Of a stretch of DNA of 64,000 bases, positions 1 to 9,605 are shown one piece after another. Within the stretch, counting starts at the first letter, position 1, and the number at the start of each line of letters is the position of its first letter. The position numbers and the translations under genes were made by a program. The DNA comes from an uncultured Devosia sp. (GTDB taxonomy: Bacteria > Pseudomonadota > Alphaproteobacteria > Rhizobiales > Devosiaceae): contig CAZASR010000001.1 of assembly GCA_964487765.1 (NCBI GenBank), forward strand, positions 32,320-96,319. The letters run 5' to 3'. The notes beneath the pieces are model-generated. The model did no database searches. It worked only from the letters and a program-made list of their open reading frames with translations, and was not told where the DNA came from.

Positions 1-524
1 CCGACATCGGCAACCGAAATGCCCGCCTTCGCGGGGCCGCCATTCTCTTCGCCGGTGACGCTCATGGTTCCGGCATAGGCCTGCATGAAGATGTCGTTGG
101 CGCGGTCCTGCGCACGCGGGCCGGTGGTGCCGAAGCCGCTGATCGAGCAGTAGATCAGGCGCGGATTGAGCGTCTTCAAAGCCTCGTAGCCGAGCCCCAG
201 CGCGTCGAGCGCGCCGACGCGGAAATTGTCGATCACCACGTCGGCGTCGGCAGCCAGCCGGCGCAGCACTTCCTGCCCTGCGGGCGTCTTGAGGTCGATT
301 TCGAGACTGCGCTTGTTGCGGTTTGCCGCTGCGAAATAATACGACAATTGCGCATCGAAGAAGGGGGACCAGCGGCGCGCTTCGTCGCCCGAGCCGGCGC
401 GTTCCACCTTGATCACGTCGGCGCCATAGTCGCCCAGGGTCATGGCGCAGAACGGGCCCGCCATGGCCATGCCGATCTCGATGACCTTGAGCCCACGAAG
501 CGGCCCCGCATTGTCGCCTTGCAT
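1..524 (-). CDS. CaiB/BaiF (family III) CoA-transferase, N-terminal part; runs off the window edge
   Basis: Manual translation from ATG at 524: MQGDNAGPLRGLKVIEIGMAMAGPFCAMTLGDYGADVIKVE...ANRNKRSLEIDLK...DVVIDNFR...PRLIYCSISGFG. Confidence 0.9.
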   Translation of the reverse strand, partial: MQGDNAGPLRGLKVIEIGMAMAGPFCAMTLGDYGADVIKVERAGSGDEARRWSPFFDAQLSYYFAAANRNKRSLEIDLKTPAGQEVLRRLAADADVVIDNFRVGALDALGLGYEALKTLNPRLIYCSISGFGTTGPRAQDRANDIFMQAYAGTMSVTGEENGGPAKAGISVADV

Positions 525-609
525 TTCAACAGTCCTGACTTGTGCCCGACGGGCCTTGTGCCTCGAACTATCGTGGAAAACGGAAGCAGAGGAACCGACC
601 GGTCCGACT

Positions 610-625
610 TTTCACGTTTGTGAAG
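610..625. promoter_or_regulatory. Putative IclR operator (TTTCACGTTTGTGAAG)
   Basis: Imperfect copy of the palindrome at 3396-3411, upstream of the CoA-transferase. Confidence 0.5.
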
Positions 626-644
626 CCTTACCGATCGGCCGGCT

Positions 645-1937
645 TCAGGCCCCCGGAAATACCGGGCGTTCACCCGGCAGCTCCCAGGCCCAGTCGCGTG
701 CACGATCGGCCGGCCACAGGGCGTCGAGCTTGCGCCGCAGGCTCGTCACGTCGGGCGGGCGAGGCGCATCATAACGGCGCGACGTCTGCGTGCCGTCGGC
801 AAGCGTCACCATGATCGAGGTCGGCAGCTTGTTGGGAAAATCGCTGCCCTCTTCAACAGTCAGGGCAATTTTCCGGGCCAGCGCAAGCACCGCGCTGTCG
901 CGCAGGTGACCATCGAGATCCCCGGGACCGAAGCGGCCGGTGAGCAGCATTGCGGCCGTACAGAATGCGGCGCTGTGATCGGCCGTCTCGCGGTTGAGCT
1001 TGTGGTTCCCCGGACGCGGACCAATCATGCGTATGGCTTCGCTATTGGTGCCGATAACCACGCTCGCGACCTCCGGTCCACGCCATGCGAGCTTGGCGTG
1101 CAGGTCCGCCGCGAGATCGAGCATCGGTTGAATGAAGATCTGCGCCGGGTAGCTCTTGGTCAGCGCCTTGCCCACTCGTGACACGGGCTTCTCATCGAGT
1201 CCCAGGACACCTGATACATGCGCGAAGAATCCATCGTCTGCCTCGAACGTGCCCGGAGGCCCTTCGGTGCCGAGCGCGGCCATTTCTATCGCGAACAGTC
1301 CCTTCACCGCATTGCGGGCGGCGGCGACGGCGCGCCAATCGGCGATCTTGCCAAGCCGGATGCACCGCAGCACGCCGGCATCGAGCGCCGCGAGCCGCAG
1401 GGCATTGCTGGTTTTGGCCGCGTCGAGACCGATCAGCCAGGCGCCACCGGCGGCCACCGCGATCGGCACCAGCGTTGCGGGATCGAAACCGTTCTTGCGC
1501 GTCTCGGACTGGTCGGCCATCAGGCAAAGGACATCGTAGGCGACACTTACGGCTTCGATCAGCCGTCGCCAGCCTGCCTGCTGCACCTCCGCCAGCGCGA
1601 CCAGCGCGGCGACCATGTCGCTGGGATGCACAATGATCCGGCCGACATAGGTATCGTTGAAATCCAGATAGCGCACCGCAACGCCATTGCGCAGGGCCGC
1701 TGCCTCGAGCGACCCCCTCCCCGCTCCACTCCACAAATTTGCCGACCCGCCGGCAGCAAACGCGGCCAGGCCGCTGCGACTTACGACGTTGCCGGTGCCG
1801 GCGGATACAGCCTCCGCGGCAAGCGCCGAACACAGCGTGTCGGCAAGCAACAGACAGATGCGCGCAGGGTCGGCCAGGGCCGCGAGGGCGGGAACGCGTT
1901 CAGCGATCGCCGCGGCGAAATCGGGCGCCACGATCAT
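645..1937 (-). CDS. MmgE/PrpD family protein
   Basis: NGVAVRYLDFNDTY, HPSD and ETADHS motifs; ATG at 1937 overlaps the upstream stop (ATGA). Confidence 0.85.
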   Translation of the reverse strand: MIVAPDFAAAIAERVPALAALADPARICLLLADTLCSALAAEAVSAGTGNVVSRSGLAAFAAGGSANLWSGAGRGSLEAAALRNGVAVRYLDFNDTYVGRIIVHPSDMVAALVALAEVQQAGWRRLIEAVSVAYDVLCLMADQSETRKNGFDPATLVPIAVAAGGAWLIGLDAAKTSNALRLAALDAGVLRCIRLGKIADWRAVAAARNAVKGLFAIEMAALGTEGPPGTFEADDGFFAHVSGVLGLDEKPVSRVGKALTKSYPAQIFIQPMLDLAADLHAKLAWRGPEVASVVIGTNSEAIRMIGPRPGNHKLNRETADHSAAFCTAAMLLTGRFGPGDLDGHLRDSAVLALARKIALTVEEGSDFPNKLPTSIMVTLADGTQTSRRYDAPRPPDVTSLRRKLDALWPADRARDWAWELPGERPVFPGA

Positions 1938-3295
1938 GATGCCCTGGCCCCCTCGCGCGCCGCCGCCGCAAGGACGCGATCCACGATTTCGGAAGCGAGG
2001 CCGAGGTGGTTCATCGGGTCGACCAGCCGGCGCAGCTCGTCCTCGCCGATGCTTCTGGTCACGCGCTGGTCCTCCAACAGCACGTCGATCAGCGGGCGCT
2101 TTTCGATCGCCGCCAGACGGGCGAGTTCGTGCATGACATCGTGCGCGACATCGCGGCCCATCGTACGGGCCAGCGCATACATGACCGCCTCGGCGACGAT
2201 CCCCCCCTGCGTAAGCCCGAGATTGTCGGCCATGGCCTCCGGGAAGACCTGCAGGCGTTCGAGAATCTTGCGGGTATGCTGAAGCGAGCCGTGCGTCATG
2301 ATCATGATCTGCGGGATCAGCAGCCATTCGGTCGTCATCGCCGAGGCGTCCCGCTCATGCGTCACCAGCATGGCCCCCTGCATCACCGGCACCAGCCCAC
2401 GGATCAGCTTGCAGGTCGCCGCGACACGCTCGCTATTGATGGGATTTATCTTCTGCGGCATCGTCGAAGAGCCGACCTGATGGGCGGTCTGGCCCTCCGA
2501 CACCTCGCCGATCTCGGTCGCCGACAGCCGGCCGATTTCCATGTTGATGCGCTCGATCGTGGCCGCGAGAAGTCCTAGGTCGGAAACCATCGCGGCCGTG
2601 CGGTCGCGCAGCGTGTACCAGGGCGCGTTGGGCAATCTGAGGCCGAGCCGGGCCGCGAAAGCCTGCTGCACGGCAGCCGCGTCCTTCCCCAGCGACGCGA
2701 GCGTCCCCCCACCACCGCCAATCTGCACGATAGAGACACTCGCCGTATCGGCCTCAAGGCGCGTTCGGTGACGGTCGAGCTCGTCTATCCACTGAGCAAC
2801 CTTGAGGCCGAAGGTGATCGGCAATGCATGCTGCCAGTGCGTGCGCGCTGGCATCGGCGAATCCCGGTAGGTCCTCGCGAGTTCGGCGGCGGCCCCCGTC
2901 ACCGCCTCGAGCTCGCCTCGGATCAGCACCAGCGCTTCGCGCATCTGAAGCACGAGACCGGTATCGGTGATATCGTTCGTCGTCGCGCCCCAGTGCACAT
3001 ATTTGCCCGACTCCCCCGCCGCCGCCGACAGCATGCGTAGGGCCGGCATCAGGATGTGGCGTCCCGAATCGATGTTGCGCGAGATCTCGTCGAGATCAAA
3101 ACTTTCGGCATTCGCCTCCGCCCGGATGCGCTCGGCATCCCGGCGCGGAATTACCCCGACTTCGGCTTCAGCTTCCGCGAGCGCCGCCCAACTGTCGAGC
3201 CAGCTCTGCAGGAGCTTGCGGGAGTCGAAAACGGCTCGCATCCGAGCCGAGCCGAAGACATTACCCATGATCTTGCAGTCGAGCGTCGTCGGCAT
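1934..3295 (-). CDS. Adenylosuccinate lyase / 3-carboxymuconate cycloisomerase-like lyase (fumarase superfamily)
   Basis: VHWGATTNDI, RTHWQHALPITFG and GSSTMPQKINP signatures. Confidence 0.9.
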   Translation of the reverse strand: MPTTLDCKIMGNVFGSARMRAVFDSRKLLQSWLDSWAALAEAEAEVGVIPRRDAERIRAEANAESFDLDEISRNIDSGRHILMPALRMLSAAAGESGKYVHWGATTNDITDTGLVLQMREALVLIRGELEAVTGAAAELARTYRDSPMPARTHWQHALPITFGLKVAQWIDELDRHRTRLEADTASVSIVQIGGGGGTLASLGKDAAAVQQAFAARLGLRLPNAPWYTLRDRTAAMVSDLGLLAATIERINMEIGRLSATEIGEVSEGQTAHQVGSSTMPQKINPINSERVAATCKLIRGLVPVMQGAMLVTHERDASAMTTEWLLIPQIMIMTHGSLQHTRKILERLQVFPEAMADNLGLTQGGIVAEAVMYALARTMGRDVAHDVMHELARLAAIEKRPLIDVLLEDQRVTRSIGEDELRRLVDPMNHLGLASEIVDRVLAAAAREGARAS

Positions 3296-3395
3296 CGGTC
3301 CTCCTTCCCAAGGCCTAAAAAGGCTGGTGACTTAGGTCTCGGGCCGCGTTCGGACGCAAGGCAAAACCCCCGAATGAGCGCCCTCAAGGACGGAA

Positions 3396-3411
3396 TTTCA
3401 CATATGTGAAA
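3396..3411. promoter_or_regulatory. Perfect palindrome TTTCACATATGTGAAA, putative IclR operator
   Basis: 16-bp perfect palindrome in the divergent lyase/IclR intergenic region; two related copies lie in the same cluster. Confidence 0.65.
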
Positions 3412-3509
3412 CGATTGGAGCTTGGCCTACGCCGCCCGAAGCGCTGTTATGCGCATGCGCGTCGGATCGAGAGCCATGTGGCAGGGCAGCGCGCGAAGTG
3501 GATGGAGAA

Positions 3510-4310
3510 ATGGTCGACAGCACCGTCAAATCGGCGCAGCGCGTCCTCGCGATTTTCGAGTTCTTTGCGGAGCGGCAGCGCCCGGCGACCTTGATGCAGA
3601 TCGCTCGCGCGCTCGGCTATCCGCCTTCCAGCGCGTCGGCCATTCTCAAGAGCATGCAGATGCTCGGTTACCTCGAATACGAGCGCACCACCCGCACCTT
3701 CGTGCCGACCCTGCGAGCAGCCTTGCTGGGAATCTGGGTCAATGAGGCCCTGCTTGGGGACAGCACGATTCTGGGGCTGATGATGGAGCTGCGCGACACC
3801 GCGCGGGCCACTGTCGTGCTCGGGGCGCAGGTGGGCCTGCAGGTGCGCTATATTCACGTGATGAAGGCACCCGAATATTCACCGCCTGCGCACTTCATCT
3901 CGGGCTGCGTGCGGCCGCTGCAGCGGTCGGCAGTGGGCTATGTTCTGTTGAGCCTCAGACGCGATCGCGAAGTTCTGGCACTCAATCGCCGGCTCAACGC
4001 GGAAGAGCCGAATCCCGAGCGACGCGTTCCCGGTGACGTCCTGCTTGAAAAGCTGCGTATCACGCGGCGGCAAGGCTACGCCTACACCGAAGGAGCGGCG
4101 ACACCGGGCGGCGGCATGATTGCGATGCTGCTGGCCGCCCCTGTGCACCAGCCGCCGGTCGTGCTCGGGCTCGGCGCACCGCTGACGATGCTGCGACAGA
4201 AGAAGGAGAGCCTGGTCGCTGCCCTGCGTCACACGGTAGAGCTTCACCGCCTTCGCATGGAGGCCGAGTGGAACGAGCGCGCCGTACCGGACCTGCGCCT
4301 GACGGCTTAG
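3510..4310 (+). CDS. IclR family transcriptional regulator
   Basis: VKSAQRVLAIFEFF HTH, RPLQRSAVG and RRQGYA effector-domain motifs; GGAG RBS before ATG 3510. Confidence 0.9.
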   Translation: MVDSTVKSAQRVLAIFEFFAERQRPATLMQIARALGYPPSSASAILKSMQMLGYLEYERTTRTFVPTLRAALLGIWVNEALLGDSTILGLMMELRDTARATVVLGAQVGLQVRYIHVMKAPEYSPPAHFISGCVRPLQRSAVGYVLLSLRRDREVLALNRRLNAEEPNPERRVPGDVLLEKLRITRRQGYAYTEGAATPGGGMIAMLLAAPVHQPPVVLGLGAPLTMLRQKKESLVAALRHTVELHRLRMEAEWNERAVPDLRLTA

Positions 4311-4317
4311 CCCGGTC

Positions 4318-5118
4318 TCAGCGCCGCGGCGCCTCGGGAAGCTCGCCGGTGAAAGTCGGCTTCCGCTTTTCCGCGAACGCGGCCTTGGCCTCGGCCCCGT
4401 CGGGCGTCAGGTTGAGATAGCGGTGCATGGCCGTGCCGGCCTCGAGCAGATTGGAGAAGCCGGCCATGTCGAGCAAAAGATTGGTAGCACTCTTGGTGTA
4501 GCGCATGGCCACCGGCGGGAGACTGGCGAGGGTGTCGGTGTAATCGGCGACCGCGGCGTCGAGCTCGGCCTCGGGAACGCACTTATTGATTAGTCCCCAA
4601 TCGAGCGCGGTCTGGGCTGAGATGCGGCGGCCGAGCAAGGCAAGTTCCAGTGACCGGGCGCGGCCGATGGTGAACAGGTGCGAGCCCCCGCCATGATTGC
4701 CGGCCTGAATCTCGCCCATCTGAAAGAACGCCGTATCGACCGACACGACCAAGTCGCACGCCGTTGCGAGATAGCAGCCCCCACCGATCGCCGGTCCATT
4801 GACCCGCGCCACCACCGGCTTGAAGTTGCGCTGGATTCTTTGTCGCGCCGCGATGTTCCAGCGACCGTAATCGTCCCGGTCACGCGCGGTCGCGCCGCGG
4901 CTGAATTTGAGGTCCTGCCCGGCTGAAAACACATTGCCCTCAGCCGTGAGGACGACACAGCGACAGTCTGTTTCGTTCTCGGCCACGTCGAAGGCATCTG
5001 TCAGTTCTCTGAACATGCGCAAATCGTGGGCGTTCCGCACCTCGGGTCGGTTGAGGACGACGCGCCAGACTGGACCAGTGGTCTCAAGGCGGATGGTCTC
5101 GTAGCTGTGGGCGGCCAT
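4318..5118 (-). CDS. Enoyl-CoA hydratase/isomerase (crotonase) family protein
   Basis: LNRPEVRNA, FSAGQDL, VNGPAIGGG and AFAEKRKP motifs. Confidence 0.9.
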   Translation of the reverse strand: MAAHSYETIRLETTGPVWRVVLNRPEVRNAHDLRMFRELTDAFDVAENETDCRCVVLTAEGNVFSAGQDLKFSRGATARDRDDYGRWNIAARQRIQRNFKPVVARVNGPAIGGGCYLATACDLVVSVDTAFFQMGEIQAGNHGGGSHLFTIGRARSLELALLGRRISAQTALDWGLINKCVPEAELDAAVADYTDTLASLPPVAMRYTKSATNLLLDMAGFSNLLEAGTAMHRYLNLTPDGAEAKAAFAEKRKPTFTGELPEAPRR

Positions 5119-5129
5119 GGCAATATCTC

Positions 5130-5678
5130 CTAGAATGCGTCTTGTCGGTCGAAGCGGCCCCAGTCGGCGCCCTTCTGCTTCACCAAGGCGATGAGCCCGC
5201 CGCTGCGCAGCATGTTGAGCAGGAATGGCTGCACAGGATTTGCTTTGAGTTCGACGCCCGTCGTCTCATTGATCACCCGCCCGTCGATGAGGTCAGCCCT
5301 GACCACGTCCCCGTCTTTCACCGCCTCCGAGATACCCGGACATTCGAGGATCGGCAGTCCGATCTCGAAGCAGTTGCGCAGCCAGGTCCGCGCGTAGCTC
5401 TCGGCGATCACTCCGCCGACACCAGTGGCCTGAAGCGTCTTGGGCGCCCTAGCCCGACCGGACGATTGTCCGAAGTGCTTGCCGGCCACGACGATATCGC
5501 CCTTGGCGACCTCGGTGGGAAACGCCGGGTTGAGGTTCTCCAGCACATGCTGGACGGCCTCGCTCATCGGGCTGAAGAGATAGCGGGTCGCGACGATCTG
5601 GTCGGTCGGCACATCGTCGCCGAACACCCACGCCTTGCCGTGCAGGTTGAGGCTGACCGGTTCCTTGTCGCTCATCAC
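5130..5678 (-). CDS. LeuD-like aconitase-family small (swivel) subunit, divergent
   Basis: GKAWVFGDDVPTDQI, VAGKHFGQSSGRARAP and AESYART..RNC match LeuD/HacB. Confidence 0.85.
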   Translation of the reverse strand: MMSDKEPVSLNLHGKAWVFGDDVPTDQIVATRYLFSPMSEAVQHVLENLNPAFPTEVAKGDIVVAGKHFGQSSGRARAPKTLQATGVGGVIAESYARTWLRNCFEIGLPILECPGISEAVKDGDVVRADLIDGRVINETTGVELKANPVQPFLLNMLRSGGLIALVKQKGADWGRFDRQDAF

Positions 5679-6994
5679 ATGAACTCCCTGGGGTCGACGA
5701 TCTTGCCGGCCACTGCTGCCGCCGCGACGGAGAGCGACGAGGCGAGGTACATCTGCGCCTCCGGGCTGCCGTTGCGGCCGGGGAAATTGCGTACGTGGGT
5801 CGAGATCATCGCCTCGCCCTTGGCCATGGCGCCCATATTGACCGCCTGGTTGCCACCGGTGGAGGGCGGGAACCAGGTCGCGCCCTGCTCGTGCAACAGG
5901 CCTAGATTGCCGTTCGCCACAGCCTCTGAGAAGACTTGGCGGCTACCCGGCACAATGTTGAAATTGACATTCGAATTCTTCTTCGCCCTGGCGAGGATCT
6001 GCGCCGCCGCTTCGATGTCGAGGCTGCGTCCACCGCCGTGCCCGCCAAGCTCTGCCCATTGCACGGGCGTACCCGCCATTGAGGAGATCGGCCGCACATT
6101 TCCTACCGTCGGCGGGCAGGCGATCTGCGGCTCGATGGTGCTGATATCCCAGGTCCAGGTGGCGCCGTAGCTCGTGCCGGGATCGTCATGGACGATCTCG
6201 AACGGCGCGGCGCCGACAGCCTCCGCGAAACGCTCGGTCTTGGCATCGGGCTCGACATAGGCGCATTTGGCGCCGACATCGACCGCCATGAGCGTGAACA
6301 GAAACCGATCCCAGACCTCGAGCGTCTCGATATAGCTGCCGCTCAGCCTGATGGCGCAGTAATTGGCTCGCCCCTCGCCAATCGTCGCGCAGAGCCAGAG
6401 CGCGATGTCGCGTGCGGTGGTTCCCGGCCGCGCCTCGCCATTGAGGATGATGTGGATGCTTTCGGGCACGCGGAACCAGGCCTGGGAGAACGGCATTACA
6501 GTGCCGGCATAGGAGTCGTTTCCCAGCGCAGCGGCGAAGCATCCCATCACGCCCTGTGCAGGCGTATGACTGTCGGAACCTACAACGACCTGCCCCGGTC
6601 GAACGTGACCATATTGCAGCGCGACATTGTGGATGTTTCCACTGCCGCAATCGTAGAGCTTCATGCCGTATTCGCGGCAGAACTTTCGGTTCTCGACCAG
6701 TACCTCCGCCTTCTCCTCGCTGGGTGGCGAGAAGATGTGGTCGAATACCATGACGATGCGGTCCGGATGCGCCATCGTCCCCCCGACCTTTTGCTGGAAC
6801 ACCTGCCGGGAGCTCCGTCCCGACAGGTCGTGCAGAAGCGCGGTGTCGATCTCGGCCACCACGATGTCGCCGGGCGTCACCGATGCTTTGCCGCTGGCGC
6901 GGGCCAGGACTTTTTCGACAAGGTTCATCGGTCTTTGCACCTCCGGAGCGGCTGCGACTGCCCGGCTATAGCCGTCGGCGTTTCGGCGTGACAA
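5675..6994 (-). CDS. LeuC-like aconitase-family large subunit, lacking the canonical Fe-S cysteines
   Basis: EKVLARASG, FDH, GSDSHT, FRVPES, RNFPGRNG and YLASS motifs; start could also be MNLVEK. Confidence 0.85.
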   Translation of the reverse strand: MSRRNADGYSRAVAAAPEVQRPMNLVEKVLARASGKASVTPGDIVVAEIDTALLHDLSGRSSRQVFQQKVGGTMAHPDRIVMVFDHIFSPPSEEKAEVLVENRKFCREYGMKLYDCGSGNIHNVALQYGHVRPGQVVVGSDSHTPAQGVMGCFAAALGNDSYAGTVMPFSQAWFRVPESIHIILNGEARPGTTARDIALWLCATIGEGRANYCAIRLSGSYIETLEVWDRFLFTLMAVDVGAKCAYVEPDAKTERFAEAVGAAPFEIVHDDPGTSYGATWTWDISTIEPQIACPPTVGNVRPISSMAGTPVQWAELGGHGGGRSLDIEAAAQILARAKKNSNVNFNIVPGSRQVFSEAVANGNLGLLHEQGATWFPPSTGGNQAVNMGAMAKGEAMISTHVRNFPGRNGSPEAQMYLASSLSVAAAAVAGKIVDPREFM

Positions 6995-7019
6995 GGCCGC
7001 GTCGCCGGCGTGGCGTGCA

Positions 7020-7035
7020 TTTCACGAATATGAAA
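7020..7035. promoter_or_regulatory. Putative IclR operator (TTTCACGAATATGAAA)
   Basis: Third copy of TTTCAC-N4-RTGAA, in the divergent leuC-like/FAH intergenic region. Confidence 0.55.
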
Positions 7036-7121
7036 ACGAGCGCCTCGAACAGCGCGGCGGATTGCTCCGCCGGGGCTGCTCTGGCAGTTGGGCAGCAGGC
7101 AATGCGGGGAGAACAGTGAGC

Positions 7122-7967
7122 ATGTCCGGGTTTCGTCTTGGAGTTCGCGATGGCCGTGCCGTACTGATCGACAATGGACAGTCCATCGATGTGGCGACCC
7201 GTTCAGCCGGCAGGTTTGACGAAGATGTCATGGCGCTCTATCGCGCCTGGGACACCTTCGCACCATGGGCCGGCGAGCAGCGGGCGAGCAGCTCCGATCC
7301 ATGGGTAAGAGACGAGGACCTCGGCCTGTGTGTCCCACGACCACGCAACGTTTTCGCCATCGGCGTCAACTATCGCGACCATATCGCGGAGGCGCATATG
7401 GAAATTCCACAGCGTCCGATGGTGTTTGCGAAATTCCCCGCGTGCTTGGCTGACGGCAACGCGCCTATCCCGTTGACCTCCAATCGCGTCGACTGGGAGG
7501 CCGAGTTGGTCGCCGTGGTTGGCCGCGGCGGCAAGAACATAGCCGCCAAGAACTGGCACGGTGTCATTGCCGGCGTGACCGTGGGGCAGGACATTTCCGA
7601 CCGCCGCTGCCAGTTCGGCGATAAGCCACCGCAATTTTCGATGGGCAAGTCGGCTGAGGCATTCGGCCCGATCGGACCCTCCGTGGTGAGCCTCGGCACG
7701 TTGCCCGATCCACTCGACCTCGCCATCTCCTGCTCGATCAATGGCGAAGTCATGCAGGCGAGCCGTACCAGCCAGATGATCTTCGATCTCGGTGCGCTCG
7801 TCGCGTTCATTTCGCAATGGGTGCCCTTGGAACCTGGCGACCTCATTTTCACCGGCACCCCCGGCGGAACCGGCGGCCTGCGCGATCCCCGCCGCTATCT
7901 TGCGCCCGGGGACGAGTTGACCACGACAATCGAGCACATCGGCGCCATCCGGAACCAATGCCACTAG
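7122..7967 (+). CDS. Fumarylacetoacetate hydrolase family protein
   Basis: IGVNYRDH, DWEAEL, QDISDR, GKS..FGPIGP and LEPGDLIFTGTPGG. Confidence 0.9.
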   Translation: MSGFRLGVRDGRAVLIDNGQSIDVATRSAGRFDEDVMALYRAWDTFAPWAGEQRASSSDPWVRDEDLGLCVPRPRNVFAIGVNYRDHIAEAHMEIPQRPMVFAKFPACLADGNAPIPLTSNRVDWEAELVAVVGRGGKNIAAKNWHGVIAGVTVGQDISDRRCQFGDKPPQFSMGKSAEAFGPIGPSVVSLGTLPDPLDLAISCSINGEVMQASRTSQMIFDLGALVAFISQWVPLEPGDLIFTGTPGGTGGLRDPRRYLAPGDELTTTIEHIGAIRNQCH

Positions 7968-8032
7968 ACACTAGCGTCGGGCCGCGGCGTCGGCGGTATT
8001 AGCCACCCAGCGTCGTGCCACCCCGGCCGCGC

Positions 8033-9604
8033 TCACAGATCGACGACGACGAGCTGCCACGTGTTGAGGGCCGGCAGGACCGCGGCGACGCGATCGCCAT
8101 CCATGTGCGTGGCAATAGGTTCGAGGCGTCCCGAACCATCTGGATCTGCCGCGTAGACCTGGGGCTGCCGACCGCAGAGTCCCCTGACACGCAAGGTCGC
8201 TTCGCCAGCAGCGCTCATGGGCGGACGCGGCGCGTCCCACAACGTATCGGTCTGCCCGCACAGGTTGATGAGATGGACGACTAGACGGTCACCGTCGCGA
8301 ACGATACGGCGCCAGACCTTGCCGGCTTCTGCCGTTACGCTGATTGCGGCGTTGGCGAACGTCACATCGAGGTCGCCATTGTAATCACCCGCGTAGGAAT
8401 GCGTGACCTCATGGAGATGCGCCGGCATCAAGAGCTCGTCATGCACGACGAGGAAATCATACCAGCGCTTGAGCAACGCCCTTGTGCTCTCCTCCATCAC
8501 ATGGTTGCGCACATAATATGGATCGACGAGCAAGCGGTCGGTCTCGCCCGCGAGGATCTGGGTGCCGCCATGCGAAAAGAGCGTCGCCATGGTGAGCGCC
8601 GCGGCGCGATCGCACTCGGCAGCGGGCGCCGTGTCGTAGACGTGCTGGTATGCGGCCATGACGAAGGGCTTGCCCGGCCCCGCTGCGCGCCCGCGCGTCA
8701 CCGTGTCGGCCAGGGACTGCAGCGTGAGTTGGGGTGCCCATGGTTCGACATAAAGCGCATCCTGCGGCGCACTCGCCGTGAGACCCGTCGGGAAGTCGTT
8801 GACGTTGTTGAAGACGAGGTGTGCCTCGGGCAGCGCCGCGCGGACCTTTTCGATCATGGTGACGATCGACGCCGCCACATCGACGTCGGCGCCATCGGCT
8901 CGAATGGCACGCTTGGGATAGCCGTACTGGTCGAGATGGTAGCCGTCGAAGCCGAGAGCCGCCGTTGACTGGCAGAGATCGGCCGCGAAATGCTCCAGCC
9001 AGTCGGGCGCCGCCGGATCGACGATGAACAGGAAATCGCCCAACGACCAGGGCGTGCCGTCCGCCCTGAGCAGGGCCCGGTGCTTCCAGCTGTCCCACTC
9101 GCGTGCACCCACCCCATAGACCGCCGCATAGCCGAGGGCACGCGAGCCGGCCGCCTGCACCGCCTGCACGAGTGCCCGCACCGTGGACAAGGCGATGGGC
9201 TGGTCGAGCGGATCGAGATAGATCTCGCCCCCGCCCATCAGATCGGCATGGCGATACGCCCAGTCGTAGAACATAACGCCATCGAGGTGCAGCCGTCGCA
9301 CGGTGTCGCTCAGGCCGGTCAATTCCTTGCCGGGGGGAAAGCTCGCAACGAAGCCGTAGCGCAGGCGCTCGCGGCTGTCGGCCCGCACATCGATGGCGGT
9401 TCGCAGTTCCCCCCACTCGACGGCGTAGCCGCCTGCCGGCAGGCGCGGCAGCCTGATGAGGCTTCCACCCTTGTGCACCTCCTCGGCCACGAGTTCGGCG
9501 AGATGCCAGACACGCAGGGTGCCGGTGGGCGCCGCGCCGCGCAGCTCGATTTCGATTGGTTCGTTCGGGTCGAACGAGGCCTTGGTGGGCAGCAGTTCAG
9601 CCAT
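8033..9604 (-). CDS. Glycoside hydrolase family 66 (dextranase/CITase-like), no signal peptide
   Basis: RYGFVASF, FYDWAYRH, GFDGYHLDQYG, FNNVN and YVEPW motifs typical of GH66. Confidence 0.75.
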   Translation of the reverse strand: MAELLPTKASFDPNEPIEIELRGAAPTGTLRVWHLAELVAEEVHKGGSLIRLPRLPAGGYAVEWGELRTAIDVRADSRERLRYGFVASFPPGKELTGLSDTVRRLHLDGVMFYDWAYRHADLMGGGEIYLDPLDQPIALSTVRALVQAVQAAGSRALGYAAVYGVGAREWDSWKHRALLRADGTPWSLGDFLFIVDPAAPDWLEHFAADLCQSTAALGFDGYHLDQYGYPKRAIRADGADVDVAASIVTMIEKVRAALPEAHLVFNNVNDFPTGLTASAPQDALYVEPWAPQLTLQSLADTVTRGRAAGPGKPFVMAAYQHVYDTAPAAECDRAAALTMATLFSHGGTQILAGETDRLLVDPYYVRNHVMEESTRALLKRWYDFLVVHDELLMPAHLHEVTHSYAGDYNGDLDVTFANAAISVTAEAGKVWRRIVRDGDRLVVHLINLCGQTDTLWDAPRPPMSAAGEATLRVRGLCGRQPQVYAADPDGSGRLEPIATHMDGDRVAAVLPALNTWQLVVVDL

Positions 9605-9605
9605 G

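Noticed and set aside
5130-6994. Assigning the leuC/leuD gene symbols
   Set aside because: The Fe-S ligands are missing and the context is catabolic, so a leucine-biosynthesis role is unsupported.
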